Shown: positions 29,150 through 44,722, counted from the stretch's first letter. The stretch is DNA of 64,000 bases from Octopus vulgaris (GCA_951406725.2 OX597840.1:1054001-1118000), one strand, 5' to 3'. The notes: a model not told the origin generated them from the sequence alone. Made by a program: numbers and translations.

Positions 29150-30540
29150 TCTATCTCACCGTCTCTGTCGTCACTCTTTGATCACTGCGATCACCAGCGC
29201 CAACAACACCATCACCAGCACCAGCACTCGCACCACAATCACCACTTCCATCGTCATCACCACTACCACTACAACCATCAACATCACCACCACCACTAAA
29301 TATAAGACGATGACTGTTACCGTCGCCACGACTCACATCCCGACAACCACCACGAACACAATCACTATCATCATCAGCATCAGTACCACCACTACCATCA
29401 CCAAAACCAGCATCACCTTCACCACCACCACCAGAACTATTACCGTTACCACCTCCACGAACATCACGACGACCATACCATCACCACAGGCACGATGATG
29501 ACGACTATTCCTGTCACCTCGTCCACTAGCACCACGACAACCACCACCGCCACCAATACCACCATCACCATCATCTCCATGATCATCTCCTTCATTACCG
29601 TCACCACCACCAAATCCACGATGACGACGACTTCTATTGCCGCCACCTCAACCACGACCACCACGACGGCTACTATCACCTCAACCATCACCATCATCTT
29701 CACCATCACCATGTTCATCACCACCACTACTACAATCACGACCACAACCACCACCACCACCACCACCACCATCACTACCACAACCACAACCATCACAACC
29801 ACCACCACCACCAGCATCATCACCACCACCACCACCACCACTACCACAACTACAACCATCACCACCAACACAACCACAACCACCACCACCACCACCACCA
29901 CAACCACCACCACCACTACCACCACCACCACCACCACCACCACCACCATCACTACCACAACCACAACCATCACAACCACCACCACCACCACCACCACAAC
30001 CACCACCACCACCACCACCACCACCACCACCACCACCACCACCACCACCACCACCACCACCACCACCACCACCACCACCACCACCACCATCACTACCACA
30101 ACCACAACCATCACAACCACCACCACCACCACCATCATCACCACCACCACCACCACCACTACCACAACTACAACCACCACCACCACCACAACCACAACCA
30201 CCACCACCACCACCACCACAACCACAACCACCACAACCACCACCACCACCACCACCACCACCACCACCACAACCACAACCACCACCACCACCACCACAAC
30301 CACCACCACCATCACTACCACAACCACAACCATCACAACCACCACCACCACCACCATCATCACCACCACCACCACCACCACAACCACAACCACCACCACC
30401 ACCACCACCACAACCACAACCACCACCACCACAACCACCACCACCACCACCACCACCGCCACCACCACCACCACAACCACCACCACCACAACCATCAACC
30501 ACCACCACCACCACCCTCACCACCACCACCACCACCATCA
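29150..30540. repeat. (ACC/CAC)n trinucleotide array with higher-order interruptions
   Basis: Directly visible; gives the poly-T/P/V/G ORFs. Confidence 0.95.
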
Positions 30541-30856
30541 ACACCGACCCATCGCCTTTTTGCCATAAGCTTGCCGAATCACGTTCAATGTCTCTGTAGC
30601 AGACTTCCCAAGTTTAACGCAGGATTTCGCGTTGGTTCTTTGTTGCAACTTCCTGTCCATGACAAAATCGCAGACTACAGCACACGCTTGATCACAAACA
30701 AACGATTTACGCAACTTGCGAAGTAAATACAGTGATGTCACTCGGTACACTGTCTCGTGAAGATCAGTGCAAGCCCTCACTCTGCACGCAGTCGTGTGCT
30801 GCCATCTGTTGGTGAATTACGGAACTAACCGGGGAACTTACTGGTAACAACTCGTA
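30540..30856 (-). mobile_element. Mariner transposon 5' end with transposase N-terminus remnant
   Basis: MDRKLQQRTNAKSCVKLGKSATETLNVIRQAYGKKAMGR; terminus TACGAG...AAGTTCCC. Confidence 0.8.
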
Positions 30857-30863
30857 TATATAT

Positions 30864-31069
30864 ATCACTTTCACTTTGATCACTTTGACCGACCAGTCCG
30901 TCAGGCGTCCATTTGACACCGCTGGTCACAGCACGCTGTCCACTCCTCTCTGGATCGCGCCTTTCTCATCCACGTGATCCCAATCGACCTCTTGTAATCG
31001 TCGTGGGGGTCTTCCGGGTTGTCTTTTCCGCTCACGCGGGTACCACTCGACGGCTGCATGCGTCCACCG

Positions 31070-31070
<1 letters not shown>
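30864..31070 (-). mobile_element. RTE LINE 3' end, same family as 11.8 kb
   Basis: RWTHAAVEWYPRERKRQPGRPPRR; tail matches 12000-12158. Confidence 0.85.
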
Positions 31071-31118
<48 letters not shown>

Positions 31119-31124
31119 ATGTGT

Positions 31125-31315
31125 ATGACCACGTGTGTATCTTTGGCGATTTTTTTCTTCCGTCTTCCCTTCCTTGGATCTTTCCTTTTTCTATCTTTCT
31201 GACGAAGAGCTCCGTTCGAAACGTTCCTTTCTTGAGCGTCCAATAACGCTATACTTGTTCCACGTCCTCGCGTTGTTGTGTTTTCTCTTTGCGTTTTCAT
31301 GTTTGGATTAACTTT
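31125..31315 (+). mobile_element. HHR element family A
   Basis: CTGACGAAGAGCTCCGTTCGAAACGTT at 31199-31225; the stem I 3' strand is deleted. Confidence 0.8.
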
Positions 31316-31322
31316 ATATATA

Positions 31323-31718
31323 CACGGTGAGTGAACTATTGTTTAAGTTATATACAAAAATAAAAATAACACAGACATCTCATTTTGACAGATATATTTA
31401 CCACATTTATAGAAAAATAATCACGGAATTATGTTTGTGAACAGGTCGCGGTCTCAATGCGACGAAAATATTTTGGCAAATTAAATTTAAATGTCGAAGT
31501 GAATCTAGCGGATTTTGTGTGTGTTTTGAATGGCTTATAAACACCTTCCACGCTGCAATTGTATATATATATATATATGTGCAGCACATATTTTTGTCAG
31601 TGAGCAAGTCGCGATCTCAAAGCGACGAAAATATTTTGGCAAATTAAATTTAAATGCTGAAGTTAATCTAACGGATTTTGTGTGTTTTTGAATGGCTTAT
31701 AAACACCTGCCACGCTGC

Positions 31719-31778
<60 letters not shown>

Positions 31779-32653
31779 CAGCAGAGAATTTTATCAGTGA
31801 ACAAGTCGCGATCTCAAAGCGACGAAAATATTTTGGCAAATTAAATTTAAATGTTGAAGTGAATCTAACAGATTTTGTGTGCTCTTAAATTGTTTATAAA
31901 CACCTTCCACGCTGTAATTATTTTTAAATACTAAAGAGTAAATTTATTCAATAAAATCACCATTGGTTTCAACCACGGTCTCCAGACGACTTCTGGATCG
32001 CCTGCAAATCTTCTGGACCGCCTCCTTGTTTATTTATTTTTGCTACAGTCCTTACCTTCAGTTCATCTTTGGTATTACAAGGAGTTGTGTTGGACAGTCG
32101 CTCAAATGCGCCCCACATATGATATTCAAGAGAGTGACAGTCTGGGGAATCTAGGGGTGATGTGGTTGCAGAAATTGTCTGACTTGGTTATCTTGCTTGT
32201 GTGGCATGGTACTGTGTCTTCTTGCCAGACATAGGTTCATCCAGCAACAAACCCTATTCACCCGGGGCAGCACTACCTCCTCCAGGCACTTGATGTAGGC
32301 CACTGTGTTGAGTCTAAGGCCGTGTGGGAAAATGAATGGAGGTATAACGTCGCCATCAATAGTGGCCACTCCAAAAACCTTGTATGTTTAATTTTTATCA
32401 CTCTCGGTACATATCCTCATGTACTGTCGACATATTGACACCCAAACACTCTGAAGTGTTCGTATTAGTGGCTCGCGGCGCAAATGCGAAGCAACACAGC
32501 ATGTCTTTTCCAAATTTTGGCAGAGTGAATTGCGTCATGGCGTTGTTTTATTTTTTGACGAAAGGTACCCATCAGACCCTACTATACTATGCGGTCGACA
32601 AAATCAAAAGCAAACAATGCGTAAAAGGGCGATAATTTACCCATCGCACCCTG
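31323..32653 (-). mobile_element. Internally deleted Tc1/mariner-superfamily (maT-like) DNA transposon
   Basis: DGDVIPPFIFPHGLRLNTVAYIKCLEEVVLP transposase remnant; terminus TA-CAGGGTG at 32653; three ~125-bp subterminal repeats at 31437, 31600 and 31797. Confidence 0.75.
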
Positions 32654-33429
32654 TATATGTATGCAGTGACCACTGCGACCCTCGCCGCCACCACGTCCAT
32701 AACCACCATGAACATCTCCACCCACAGCCACGACCACCACGACCACCACCACGACGACGACCACCAAACAACTACAACAACAAGGGCAACAATACAATGT
32801 CATTCATACCACTATGACAGCCAGCAACGCAATTGGCCTCCCCCATCAACATTCACTACAACCACCACCAACAACAACAACATTACCATTACCACCAACA
32901 CCACCACCGTCGCTACCACTAGCACAACCACTCCTACGGCCACTACGACCACGAAAGTCATCAACTATAGCGCCGTGAAAACCGCCACTATCCCCCACCA
33001 CCACCTCTATCATCGCAACCACCGCAATCAGAATAATCACCCATACCATTATTGTCACTGTGATCACGATGACATCTACCACCTTCCCAACAACAATCCA
33101 CCGCCATCACTGCTATAGTTTCCGTCACTATCGCCATTATAGCTATCTACCACCACCACCACCACCACCACCACCACCACCACCACTACCACCACTACCA
33201 CCACCACCACCACTACCACCACTACCACCACCACAACCACCGCCAAACCACCACCACCACCACCACACTACCGCCACCACAACTATTATTTCTACGTCTA
33301 TTACATTCTCCTTAATATCACATGACTGATTTAAAATGGCCTCCAAATCAATGGAACAGATTCTCCATTTTGGTGCTTTGTATAGACACCGCCGCTATTA
33401 AATAAACACGCTTACACTTTTGCGGTGTC

Positions 33430-34163
33430 GTCATAGCAACATCAACACTCTATCACGCACACATACGCACACACACATACACACACGGCCACACACACAC
33501 AAACAAACAAACGCGAGCGCACCTACAGACACGCACATACAGACACACTCACACATACACTTACAAGCACACGCACAAACACGGACACACACACATGCAC
33601 ATACACACATGCACACACACGGACACACACAATGCACACACGGACGCACACACACATGCACACACACACGCACACACACGCACACGCACATTCACAAACA
33701 TGCACTCACGCACTACGGACACAAACACCCATACACACACATGGACGCGCACACCGGTACACACTCGGGGATAGACACACTCACACATGCGCACACACAT
33801 ACGGACACAGACACATAAACACATATACCCACGCACACTAACGCACACACACGAACGCCACACACACACGACACACACCACACACACACACCACAAACAC
33901 GCACGCACGCACACATTCGTACTTGTGATAAACATACAAATACAGACGGCTGCTTACAGTAATACACACATACTTAACACACACACAAACACACACACAC
34001 ACACATACAGAAATTCACTCTCCTACTCTCATATTCAACACTTACACACACACATACGCACGCATACCCGTACACACAGAGACACACACGAACGCACGCA
34101 CACGTTCGTACTCGTGGTATACATACAAATACTGAAGACTGCTTACAGTTATACACACATACT

Positions 34164-34201
<38 letters not shown>

Positions 34202-34740
34202 AAATTCACTCTCCTACTCTCATAATCAACACTTACGCACACACACATGGACACACAGACATGCATACACGCACAACGGACAGGCACACCCATACAAGAA
34301 CACACACACACAGGTATACACACGGACACATAATCCACGCATGCACATATACACACGGACAAACACACATACGCAAGCATACCTACACACACAGTGGCAT
34401 ATACGAACGCACTTACGCACACATTAGTACTCGTGATACGCATACAAATACAGGCAGCTGCTTACAGTTATACACACATACTTAACACACACACATACAC
34501 AAACCAACAGAAATTTACTCTCCTACTCTCATAATCCATACTTACTCACGCATACACATACAAATATACACACATAAACACACCCTAACAGTTACAGACA
34601 CTTAAGTAATAACGTATACACACACACACACATACGTACTGAAACAAACTTACACATTCAAACGCATAACAACGCATACACACGCAAACTCTAACTTACA
34701 GTCGTACACACATATTTGACACAAAAGCACATGCAAACAC
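33430..34740. repeat. CA-rich low-complexity region with three copies of a ~130-bp unit
   Basis: GCTTACAG...CAGAAATT(C/T)ACTCTCCTACTCTCATA near 33950, 34140 and 34460. Confidence 0.8.
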
Positions 34741-34743
34741 ACA

Positions 34744-35083
34744 CAGGAGTGGCTGTGTGGTAAGTAGCTTGTTTACCAACCACATGGTTCCGGGTTCAGT
34801 CCCACTGCATGGCACCTTGGGCAAGTGTCTTCTACTATAGCCTCAGGCCGACCAAAGCCTTGTGAGTGGATTTTGTAGACGGAAACTGGAATAAGCCTGT
34901 CATATATGTATATGTATGTATATGTGTGCGTGTGTGTGTATGTTTGTGTGTCTGTTTACCCCCCTCCAACATCGCTTGACAACCGATGCTGGTGTGTTTA
35001 CGTCCTCGTAACTTAGCGGTTCAGCAAAAGAGAAGGATAGAATAAGTTCTAGGCTTACAAAGAATAAGCTCTGGTGTTGAACT
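34744..35083 (+). mobile_element. tRNA-derived CORE-type SINE (family 2)
   Basis: GGAGTGGCTGTGTGGTAAG head, GGGTTCAGTCCC B box, CCTTGGGCAAGTG CORE-like motif, internal microsatellite. Confidence 0.85.
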
Positions 35084-35252
35084 GAAACTGCGATCCTGCA
35101 ATCGCCAGTCCGCTGCCCTAACTACTGGGCCATTGCGCCTCCACAGATGCCTCTCTCTCTCTCCCCCCTCTCCCCCCCTCTCCCCCCTCTCTCTCTCTAT
35201 ATATATATATGAAATAAAAAACATGAAATAAAAAACAGAACACAAAGGATGT

Positions 35253-35345
35253 CGCGGTACACATGTTTCGAGCTTTATAAAACATCTTATTCTTACATCA
35301 ATGTATAATCGACATAACAGATAGTTTAAAGCCCTCTTCTGTCGC
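35253..35345 (-). ncRNA. Degenerate hammerhead with long stem II
   Basis: UGCGA-CAGAAGA-GGGCUUUA...UAAAGCUC-GAAA-CAUGUG-UA-CCGCG; element ~35210-35408 between TA tracts. Confidence 0.6.
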
Positions 35346-35434
35346 ATGCAATTGCTACACCAAAGACTTGTATCACATTATGAAAGGTTGAGAAAGAACA
35401 TTTGGTATTATATATATATATGTATATATATATA

Positions 35435-35501
<67 letters not shown>

Positions 35502-35989
35502 CATATATATATATATGTGCGTGTGTGTGTATGTATAAGTAACGTTGAATAATGATCTGTATCTATACGACAACATCCCTGGTTCATTACTTTTTAAAGA
35601 GTGTATTTCAGTGATAACCCTGAAAAGAATTAGAAGTTATTGCTCTTAATATCACATAAATGATAGAACGACTAAATCATAGAGATAATAAATGTAAAGT
35701 TAGTCATACCTAACTCTACAAGACCATATCTATTGCTCTGTACGTAAATGTCACCTGAACGAAATCTATATTATACTCTCTATTTAATGTGCGAATATGC
35801 TTTAATTTTGCTGGTTACATTTCAGAATCTTTCCTCACCGCACGCTCTTGGGTCCAGCTACTGTGTGCGGCACTGTGAGCAGGCGTCTGGATAATACCCT
35901 ACTAAATTCTGGTGCCTCAACTTAAGTACCATATTCATCTCAACCTAAATTTTTGCAGAACTCATATACCATACCCAATATCTATCTAC

Positions 35990-36089
<100 letters not shown>

Positions 36090-36095
36090 ATATAT

Positions 36096-36151
<56 letters not shown>

Positions 36152-37049
36152 CTATCTGGAATGTAACACCCGCGATAGTCGAGGGTTTACTGGAGAGAGA
36201 GAGAGAGAGGGGGAAGAGATAGGGAGAGAGAGGTGGAGAGAGTTAGACAAAGAGAAGACGATGTATATAGAGAGAGACAGACAGATAGATATATGTGTGC
36301 GCATGGGTGTGCGTGTGCATATGCCATTGCGTCCATCATTGTCCCATCTGACTGCTCTAAAACCGGTGTTGGTTTATTTACGCCCCAGTAAATTGGCGGT
36401 TCGGCAGTAAAAAGAAGCCGCTAAGAACCAGGTTAGAAAAAAAATATTGTGATTGATTTGAGAAACTAAGACATTTTAGGCTTTACTCCAGCACGAAAAC
36501 ATACAAATTCCATGAGATGTTTCCTTTTAAAGAGGGAATTGATGAGATAGCTATTAAAATGAACACAATTTCTTAGCCTTAATTTCAGGATAAAACCACA
36601 TAAATCCAATGCAGAGAGATGCTGAAAATAAAGTTAACTGTATCTAACTACTTCAAGCTAAATCGATGCTACCTTAAGTTGGAGCATTTTCACGGAACCT
36701 ATAGGCTTGGAGTCGCTATTTAAAATGATATATATATTTTAATTTTATCAGATGCATTTAAGGTTATAAGTAATGCTGAATAAAATAACGACATACTCTC
36801 CATCTCTAGGGCAAGGTCCCGAGCCGTTTACCTAAATTTATTGATCTTTAATTTCCAGAGAACGCATAAAATAAAGTTCTCTCTCCTTAAATACAGAACA
36901 CAAAATCGAAGAGCATTTTTTTTATTACTGCTTCTACTGGGCTTCATGTAGATCTCGGATGAAAACAAAAATTGTCGGCTATAATAGTGAGATTATATTC
37001 CTCATAGATTTATTCTCTCTGTATTATTTCATATCTTGGTGGAATCTTT

Positions 37050-37240
37050 TTCTTCCTCTGCGCAATATGAATAAGTGACAGAAGGAAAAGCTAGATGTGT
37101 TCGACCAAAGATGCTTCAGAAGGATTCTGAGCACGTACTGGCATGGTCACATATCCAACGGACACATTCTAACGAGTGACAATACAAGATTATTAAGCGA
37201 AATCTTCATAGGACGATGACCGAAACTTGAAGGTAACATA
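37050..37240 (+). pseudogene. Old RTE-clade LINE fragment, probably continuing at ~38146-38350
   Basis: KLDVFDQRCFRRILSTYWHGHISN; downstream KTLLKWTP. Confidence 0.7.
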
Positions 37241-37244
37241 CATA

Positions 37245-37652
37245 GGCGCAGGAGTGGCTGTGTTGTAAGTAGCTTGTTTACCAACCCCATGGTTCCGGGT
37301 TCAGTCCCACTGCGTGGCATCTTGGGCAAGTGTCTTCTGCTATATCCCCGGGCCGACCAAAGCCTTGTGAGTGAATTTGGTAGACGGAAACTGAAAGAAG
37401 CCCATCGTATATATGTATATATATATATATATGCGTGTCTGTGTTTGTGTGTCTGTGTTTGTCCCCCTAGCATTGCTTGACAACCGATGCTAGTGTGTTT
37501 ATGTCCCCGTTAACTAGCGGTTCGGCAAAAGAGACCGATAGAATAAGTACTGGACTTACAAAAGAATAAGTCCCGGGGTCGTGTTGCTCGATAAAAGGCG
37601 GTGCTCCAGCATGGCCACAGTCAAATGACTGAAACAAGTTAAAGAGTAAAGA
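37245..37652 (+). mobile_element. CORE-type SINE family 2, full length
   Basis: Head, CORE-like motif, internal (TA)/(TG), 3' GGCGGTGCTCCAGCATGGCC...GAAACAAG tail. Confidence 0.9.
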
Positions 37653-37914
37653 ATATACTACGACTGCCATGACAACACCATGCTAATACTGCTTTCAAAA
37701 AGAACACACGACTCCACTCCGAGTAAACATCACAGATTAAAAATTTAAAATTACCAACTCAAATACTCCGGTTGTCACAGGGTGTTATGTCGCACGTTCG
37801 GATGACCTCTACTCAACTCTGCACTACTACTACGACTCTGTTCTAGTCTGCTCTCACCGCTACTCAACTGTTCTCTGACGACGTCTAGACTTCTCCCTCT
37901 ATATCTACTTATTG

Positions 37915-38145
37915 ATTTCTTTATTGCCCACAGGGGGCTAAACATAGAGGGGGACAAACAAGGACAGACAAGGGGATTAAGTCGATTATATCGATCCCAG
38001 TGATTTACTGGTACTTATTTAATCGACCCCGAAAGGATGAAAGGCAAAGTCGACCTCGGCGGAATTTGAACTCAGAACGTAGCGGCAGACGAAACACGGC
38101 TACGCATTTCACCCGGCGTGCTAACGTTTCTGCCAGCTCGCCGCC
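37915..38145 (-). mobile_element. SINE family 1, full length
   Basis: Head to tail intact. Confidence 0.9.
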
Positions 38146-38985
38146 TGGGCTAGCCTATTTCATCGTCTGGTGGCGTCTACATAACACAGGGAAATACCAT
38201 TCTAAAACTCTTCTCAAATGGACACCACTAGAGAGAAAATGAAATAAAACGAAGATCAAGAACTTCAAGGCTCAGAATATTCATAACCAATAAGATGGGA
38301 CCCAACGGAAACGAACTTGCTGCGCCGTGTGCTCAAGAGCACAGATATATGTATATCCAACACCAAAAGCCAAACTTTTCTTTTCACTCTGACGCCATTT
38401 CATCGATGCCGCGAAACGGTTACGACAGACCTTATGTAGAAAATAATATCTCTCGTGGACTCTTAATTTCCATCCGAATTAAGTATGATAAACACTCTTA
38501 ACAGAATTTGTGGTAAACTGTCTTTACTTTTAAGCAATAAATACAGTATACAGAGAGTAAAATACGTCGGGGGTATTGATAGAGCGTCTAGAAGCCATTA
38601 TTAGAAAAAATAAAACTGTAAAGTGAATTTATGATTTATATCTGAATAAAAAAAGGTCTGAAGCATAAAATGGATAAACTATATTATTATTATTGGAAAT
38701 TGATATTATTATATACACACACGGAGATACATACATATATACATACATAAATATATATACATACTTACATAAATACATACAAACACAGCTGAACTTATAT
38801 ATATAATTATATATATATATATGTAGTAATATATATGTATATACCTATATATATACATATATATATATGTATGTGTGTGCGTACACGTATATATATATAT
38901 TTATATATATATACATATATATATGTATATAATCATGTCTGTGTGTATATATATCTATATCTATATCTATCTATCTATCTATCTA

Positions 38986-39088
<103 letters not shown>

Positions 39089-39182
39089 AAGTTCACAAAA
39101 TTTACATTCAGAAAAAAAAGCTTTCCGTACATGTTGTCATTTAAGGATATAAGTGCTCAAAGAAGATGAAAAAATGTGCAGA

Positions 39183-39213
<31 letters not shown>

Positions 39214-39367
39214 AACGAATGAATGAAATAGATGTATAAAGAAAGAAAGGCAAACTCTTAATAGCTTCAAAAGTGTGGGTGTCGAGGAGGGTGGGAGCAG
39301 AAAATAGATACGATTTTTTGAATTCGACACGACTAATAGCTTTATAAATACCTCTCTATATTACACC

Positions 39368-39410
<43 letters not shown>

Positions 39411-39502
39411 TTGTTTGTGTGTGTGTGTGTTTATGTGTGTGTATGTACGTGTATTTTACAAAATATATGCATGCGTAGATGTACTATATATATATATGTA
39501 TG

Positions 39503-39549
<47 letters not shown>

Positions 39550-40788
39550 CGAGAGAGTAAGAAGATTGAGACGGTTACTTATATACAGGTATTATATGCC
39601 TGTGTATAAGTGTGTATATATATTAATTTATTCATATATATATACATATGTGTGTGTACATATGAATATATATGTTTGTATATATTTATCTGTATTTCTA
39701 TCCCTCTATCCATATAAGGTGCGATTTAATTATATATACAGAGGTAGATTGTTACATAGAGATAGATGTTTGTGTATGTCACTACTCATATGTATATACT
39801 TACGTACATACAAACAAACACAGACACATATATACAGTATATGTATATATATGTATATATATGTAGACTTATGTATGAATGTATATATATATAAGCATAT
39901 ATATATATTTATCTGCGTATGCATATATATATGTATGCACAACTGCGCACACACACATGCACACATATATATGTCTCAGTGTGTGTGTTTGTACCTATGT
40001 GTGTTTGTGTATTTATGTAATGTATGTAGGTATACGAATAAAATCAAATTTTCGAACAGTACGGTCTTATCTATGAAGAACATCAAATAAATTCGTGTAG
40101 TATATAACTGACAAAATGTCTAGTATATAAATGTATATATATGTATATATATATATATATATATATCCTGGAGATCAGTTTCATGAATATTAATACTTCT
40201 CGTTCTTTATACACAATTAGTAGTAAATTGCTTTGGATATGATTCTACGTAAAGTCGATAAAAATAATAACTGTTTTTGAGAACCTTGGAAATTCTAGGT
40301 TTTCATAAATACAGTGTAGTTTCTATTTAGATGCACCGATTTACGCACACCTTGATAATGTTGGTTCATATACTTTGGACGTTATGACCTTGTTATGGAT
40401 TTTATTTCATCGTTGAGGATTTTTTTCTTTTCTTATTTTTTCCCCTTTCTTATGTAAATGTAATTCTCGAAGATGTTTAGTTTAGTCTTGAAATACATTT
40501 TATAGTAAAAATTATAAGAAGCGTAACGCTCGAACAGATGTCATGACCCACTGGATGAAAGCAACGACAACAGCAAAAATTACATCAGACTGCTTCAAAG
40601 GGAATGAGGATACTATCTAGTTTTTGCTCAAGGATAGCAGTTTTGAGTAGAGAGTGCAAATGCATTACTTCAATCTCACTATTTGACAAGTGCTTTCGTT
40701 TCTTATACTCTAAATGACTAAAATAATGGTTGGCTTCAGTTGCATAAATAATAATAATAATGATAATAATGATAATAATAATAATAGA

Positions 40789-40840
<52 letters not shown>

Positions 40841-40841
<1 letters not shown>

Positions 40842-41178
40842 GTGGGGGAGCATCATGACCGTGTGTTGAAAGGGGTTCTTGGAGGTTTGGATAATTCACC
40901 TTTGGAAACATGGGTGTTTTGTTCAACATCCTTAAACAATCCTTATTCAGAGACCTTTTGAGCGGGATGGGCTACTCGACCAGAAGAAAATTCTTACTGG
41001 GCCCCACCTGCAAGGTCATGTGCCGTTTATCTTGATATGAGATCACCATGTCGCGCACATATGGTTGTGATGCATGTGCCTGGTGTACCCTTATCTGACG
41101 GGTAGTCGTGATGGGTATACTGGGCTTCGTATATTTTACCCCAGTGTCACTTTGATGGCATGCACTGCTCTACCACTC

Positions 41179-41179
<1 letters not shown>
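40841..41179 (+). mobile_element. Non-coding element embedded in (AAT)n, possibly a Dong-mobilised non-autonomous retroposon
   Basis: GC-richer ~340-bp island with (AAT)n on both sides; no informative ORF. Confidence 0.55.
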
Positions 41180-41210
<31 letters not shown>

Positions 41211-41217
41211 TAATAGA

Positions 41218-41303
<86 letters not shown>

Positions 41304-41327
41304 TAATAATAATAATAATAATAATAA

Positions 41328-41645
41328 TCCCTTGCGATCACAATATAGCGGCGAAAGAATTTGACAAGATTAGTAAATATAAAATATAAAGACCTGCTAA
41401 TAGAAATTGAAAAAAATGTGGCATCTCAAGGCGACTACAGTACCGGTGATTTTAGGATCTCTAGGAATGATAAAAAAAGGTACTGAAACCTATTTGAATA
41501 TGATTCCAGGCCTACCATATTTTACCTATGAATTTGCGTGTGTAATCTGGGAATGCATGCAATGAGCTTCTCTGCCCTAGGTGTATATGTATAGAAAACA
41601 CTCTGCGAGAAATGGAAACAAAATTTGAAGAAAGAAGGAAAAAAC

Positions 41646-41648
<3 letters not shown>
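41328..41648 (+). mobile_element. R4/Dong-clade LINE 3' fragment (restriction-like endonuclease C-terminus)
   Basis: PCDHNIAAKEFDKISKYK/DLLIEIEKMWHLKATTVPVILGSLGMIKKG; flanked by (AAT)n, the known Dong target. Confidence 0.8.
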
Positions 41649-41732
<84 letters not shown>

Positions 41733-41734
<2 letters not shown>

Positions 41735-42031
41735 TGTAGGTGCATTAAGTATGATAAAAAAGAAAATATCAGAAAATCTAGATAACATCCCAGGAGAATC
41801 ATGTCTCAGAGAAATTTAAAAGATTGTTCTAACAAGTACTGCTCATATCATTAGAAAAACCCTATCCATTCAATTGTCTGTGTTGTATTACATGAAGATA
41901 TTCCGCTGCTGCTCTCGCCACTTCCGCTCCTAAGTTTTTAATGATACTCTAACATGGCTTATCATTCAATCCCCCTAGGACGAAGGGTGTGTCTCGGCAA
42001 GTAACTGTAACAAACATGCATATTAAAAGCA

Positions 42032-42107
<76 letters not shown>

Positions 42108-42402
42108 GGTGCACTAAGTATGATAAAAAAAGAAAGTTAGAAAGATCTAGACAACATCCCAGGAGAACTATGTGTCAGAGAAATTTAAAAGATTGTTCTA
42201 ACAAGTACTGCTCATATCCTTAGAAAAAATCTATCCATTCAATTGTCTGTGTTGTATTGCATGAAGATATTTCGTTGCTGCTCTTGTCAGTTCCGCTCCT
42301 AAGTTTTTAATGATACTCTAACATATCTTATCATTCAATCCCCGTAGGACGAAGGGTCTGTCTCGGCAAGTAACTGTAACAAACATGCATATTAAAAGTA
42401 AA
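41733..42402 (+). mobile_element. Two tandem 3' ends of a second R4/Dong family separated by (AAT)n
   Basis: IVGALSMIKK...IPGESCLREI*KIVLTSTAHIIRK; copies at 41733-42032 and 42107-42402. Confidence 0.8.
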
Positions 42403-43375
42403 TAATAATAATTTTAATAATAATGATAATAACAATCATAATGATGATAATAATAATAATGATAATATTATATCATAACTTTTTAACTGATTTGCTTCTT
42501 TTCCTATCATTGTAGCAGAATGAATTTAGAGAAGATAATACATAAAACCTACTATGATTTAGAGTGGCAGAAGGAAATAATGGTTGTCAAGAAAGAGGAA
42601 TGGTGATGTAGCTACATTCATCTTTATCCTTATCATATTCAAAAGACCTAATGCAGCAAGAAGTCTACATCCCCTTAGAATTAAAACCATTGGGAATTAA
42701 CAGTTAAGTTCTTGTAGTTGGTGATGAATTAATTAATATCAAATGCACTTCTCCACCCTTATTTCACTATGATCATAAAATCAGTCATACCTATATAAAA
42801 GAATATGTCTCAGAAGACGCTCGCAAGGTAATTATATATAGAGACGAAGTGATAACCAGAAAGGGGACGAGCGAGTGTGACTTACCATATTATGATTATC
42901 AACTAAAAGCGGGCCTAAGTGGAAAACAAGGGAGCTGACATTGAGATCTAAGCGTTGGAATTAAAAATACGGGGAAAATCTGCATCTAAACTTAGCAAAA
43001 TTTCTCTATTAAAATATTATCATTTAAAAAGGATTTAAGGACCCGGAGAAGAAGGATAGATAAAACAATCCAATCCATAAGAGTGGGGTACTTTTGTATA
43101 AAAGAAACCTCATAATGCTTTTTTCTAGCATAATGTTCAGGTGGTCCTGATAGAAATATTCAACAATGAGTCTATAATAAAATTCAGATATCATCGGAGT
43201 AGGGGTATACATTTTCTATTGAATCAAAACCATAGATTAAGGGCTAAAAAGTAAGTTAATTTTTTTCTATAACAAGTGCACTTATTTAAAAACCTTGGAA
43301 AAATTCATATATAAAAATATTACCAACATTTTGGAAAAATCTGAAAGGACATAAGAAGGTATAAAAATACCATAT

Positions 43376-43422
<47 letters not shown>

Positions 43423-44289
43423 CATACATGCATATACGTGTATATATATATATATATATATATATACATAAAACTATATATATATATATGCATATATATA
43501 TATCATATATATATAAACGAAGTATATAGTGAAATTATAAAATATGAATATAAACAAATATAAATACCGTATTGTATTATATTATGTCATGATTATTATA
43601 GAGAGAAGTTACAGGCTTCTTCAAATTCTATAGAAATTACACCAGTTTTTTATGAGCGTATATAGATATACAAAATACAATAATATAATATAAGATAAAA
43701 GAATATCTATGAAATGAAATAAAATAGAATGGAAACAAGGAGAAATAATATTTGTATAAAATTTCAATAAAGGATGTATAAAATGCGAAAAAGAAAGAAG
43801 CGAATATAAAAGATTTACATTGGGAATGCCATAAAATTTGTACCGGATATATAAAAGAGTGATAAAAGATGAAAAATAAGGATAAGTCATGGTATCCTAA
43901 CAAAAGCTAATTAAGAAATAATTTAAAAAGAAGTAAAGTAAAATAAAGATACGATTGGAAATGGTTTTAAAATATATTTGTAAGATATATTATGACAGGC
44001 ACAAATGTGTGTAGAATCATAACAATTCATAGAGGGTATATAATTAATGCAGGTGTAGGATATGGTAATACATTGTAAATATAGTTATATTGACTGATGG
44101 GGAAGGAAGTCTAAGAACCGAAGGGGAAATAGCGTAATCTATATATAGGAGAAATATAGGTTAAACAGGTAGGGATTATAAGAGGTCAATATTATATATA
44201 TTTCTATACAAGAGAGCGTGTGTTACGATACATTTTGTCACCAAATCATAGCATGATATGTACAATATTATTTGTTTCTAAAATATTTG

Positions 44290-44697
44290 AAGGTACGTGA
44301 GATCCTATGCACACAAGATACCCTAAGATCTAATCTATTATTAATTAGGTTATTTTTATTTCTATACTTAAAACTTTCGTAAATATCTATACAACATACT
44401 TCGCATCTATATCGGCTATCATTGTATGGCTGAGCTCCCCATATTATATTCCATTTAAGGCTAAATTTACTATTACTATCCTTAAGTTTTTACTAGATAA
44501 TGATGTACTATAAGCTTTAAGTGTAAGTCTAAACCATAAAAGATGGTTATTAAGGCGCTTCTTCATATTAATCGAGTACCCGATGTAAGTAAAGTTACTA
44601 CTTTCATTCATCACTGTACATTTGTAAACAACATTTTGAGCTAAACAACGACCTAATAACGGGCATTGGGATCCTACCCTACAATTGTAGCTGGGGA
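44290..44697 (-). pseudogene. Naiad-type PLE GIY-YIG endonuclease remnant
   Basis: YNCRVGSQCPLLGRCLAQNVVYKC...YIGYS...RLNNH, frameshift, then LKWNIIWGAQPYNDSRYRCEVC. Confidence 0.85.
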
Positions 44698-44722
44698 TAT
44701 TATTATTATTATTATTATTATT

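Noticed and set aside
29464-30599. Long poly-Thr/Pro/Val/Gly ORFs resembling mucin or extensin
   Set aside because: Open in several frames on both strands because (ACC)n lacks stop codons; no splice or domain evidence.
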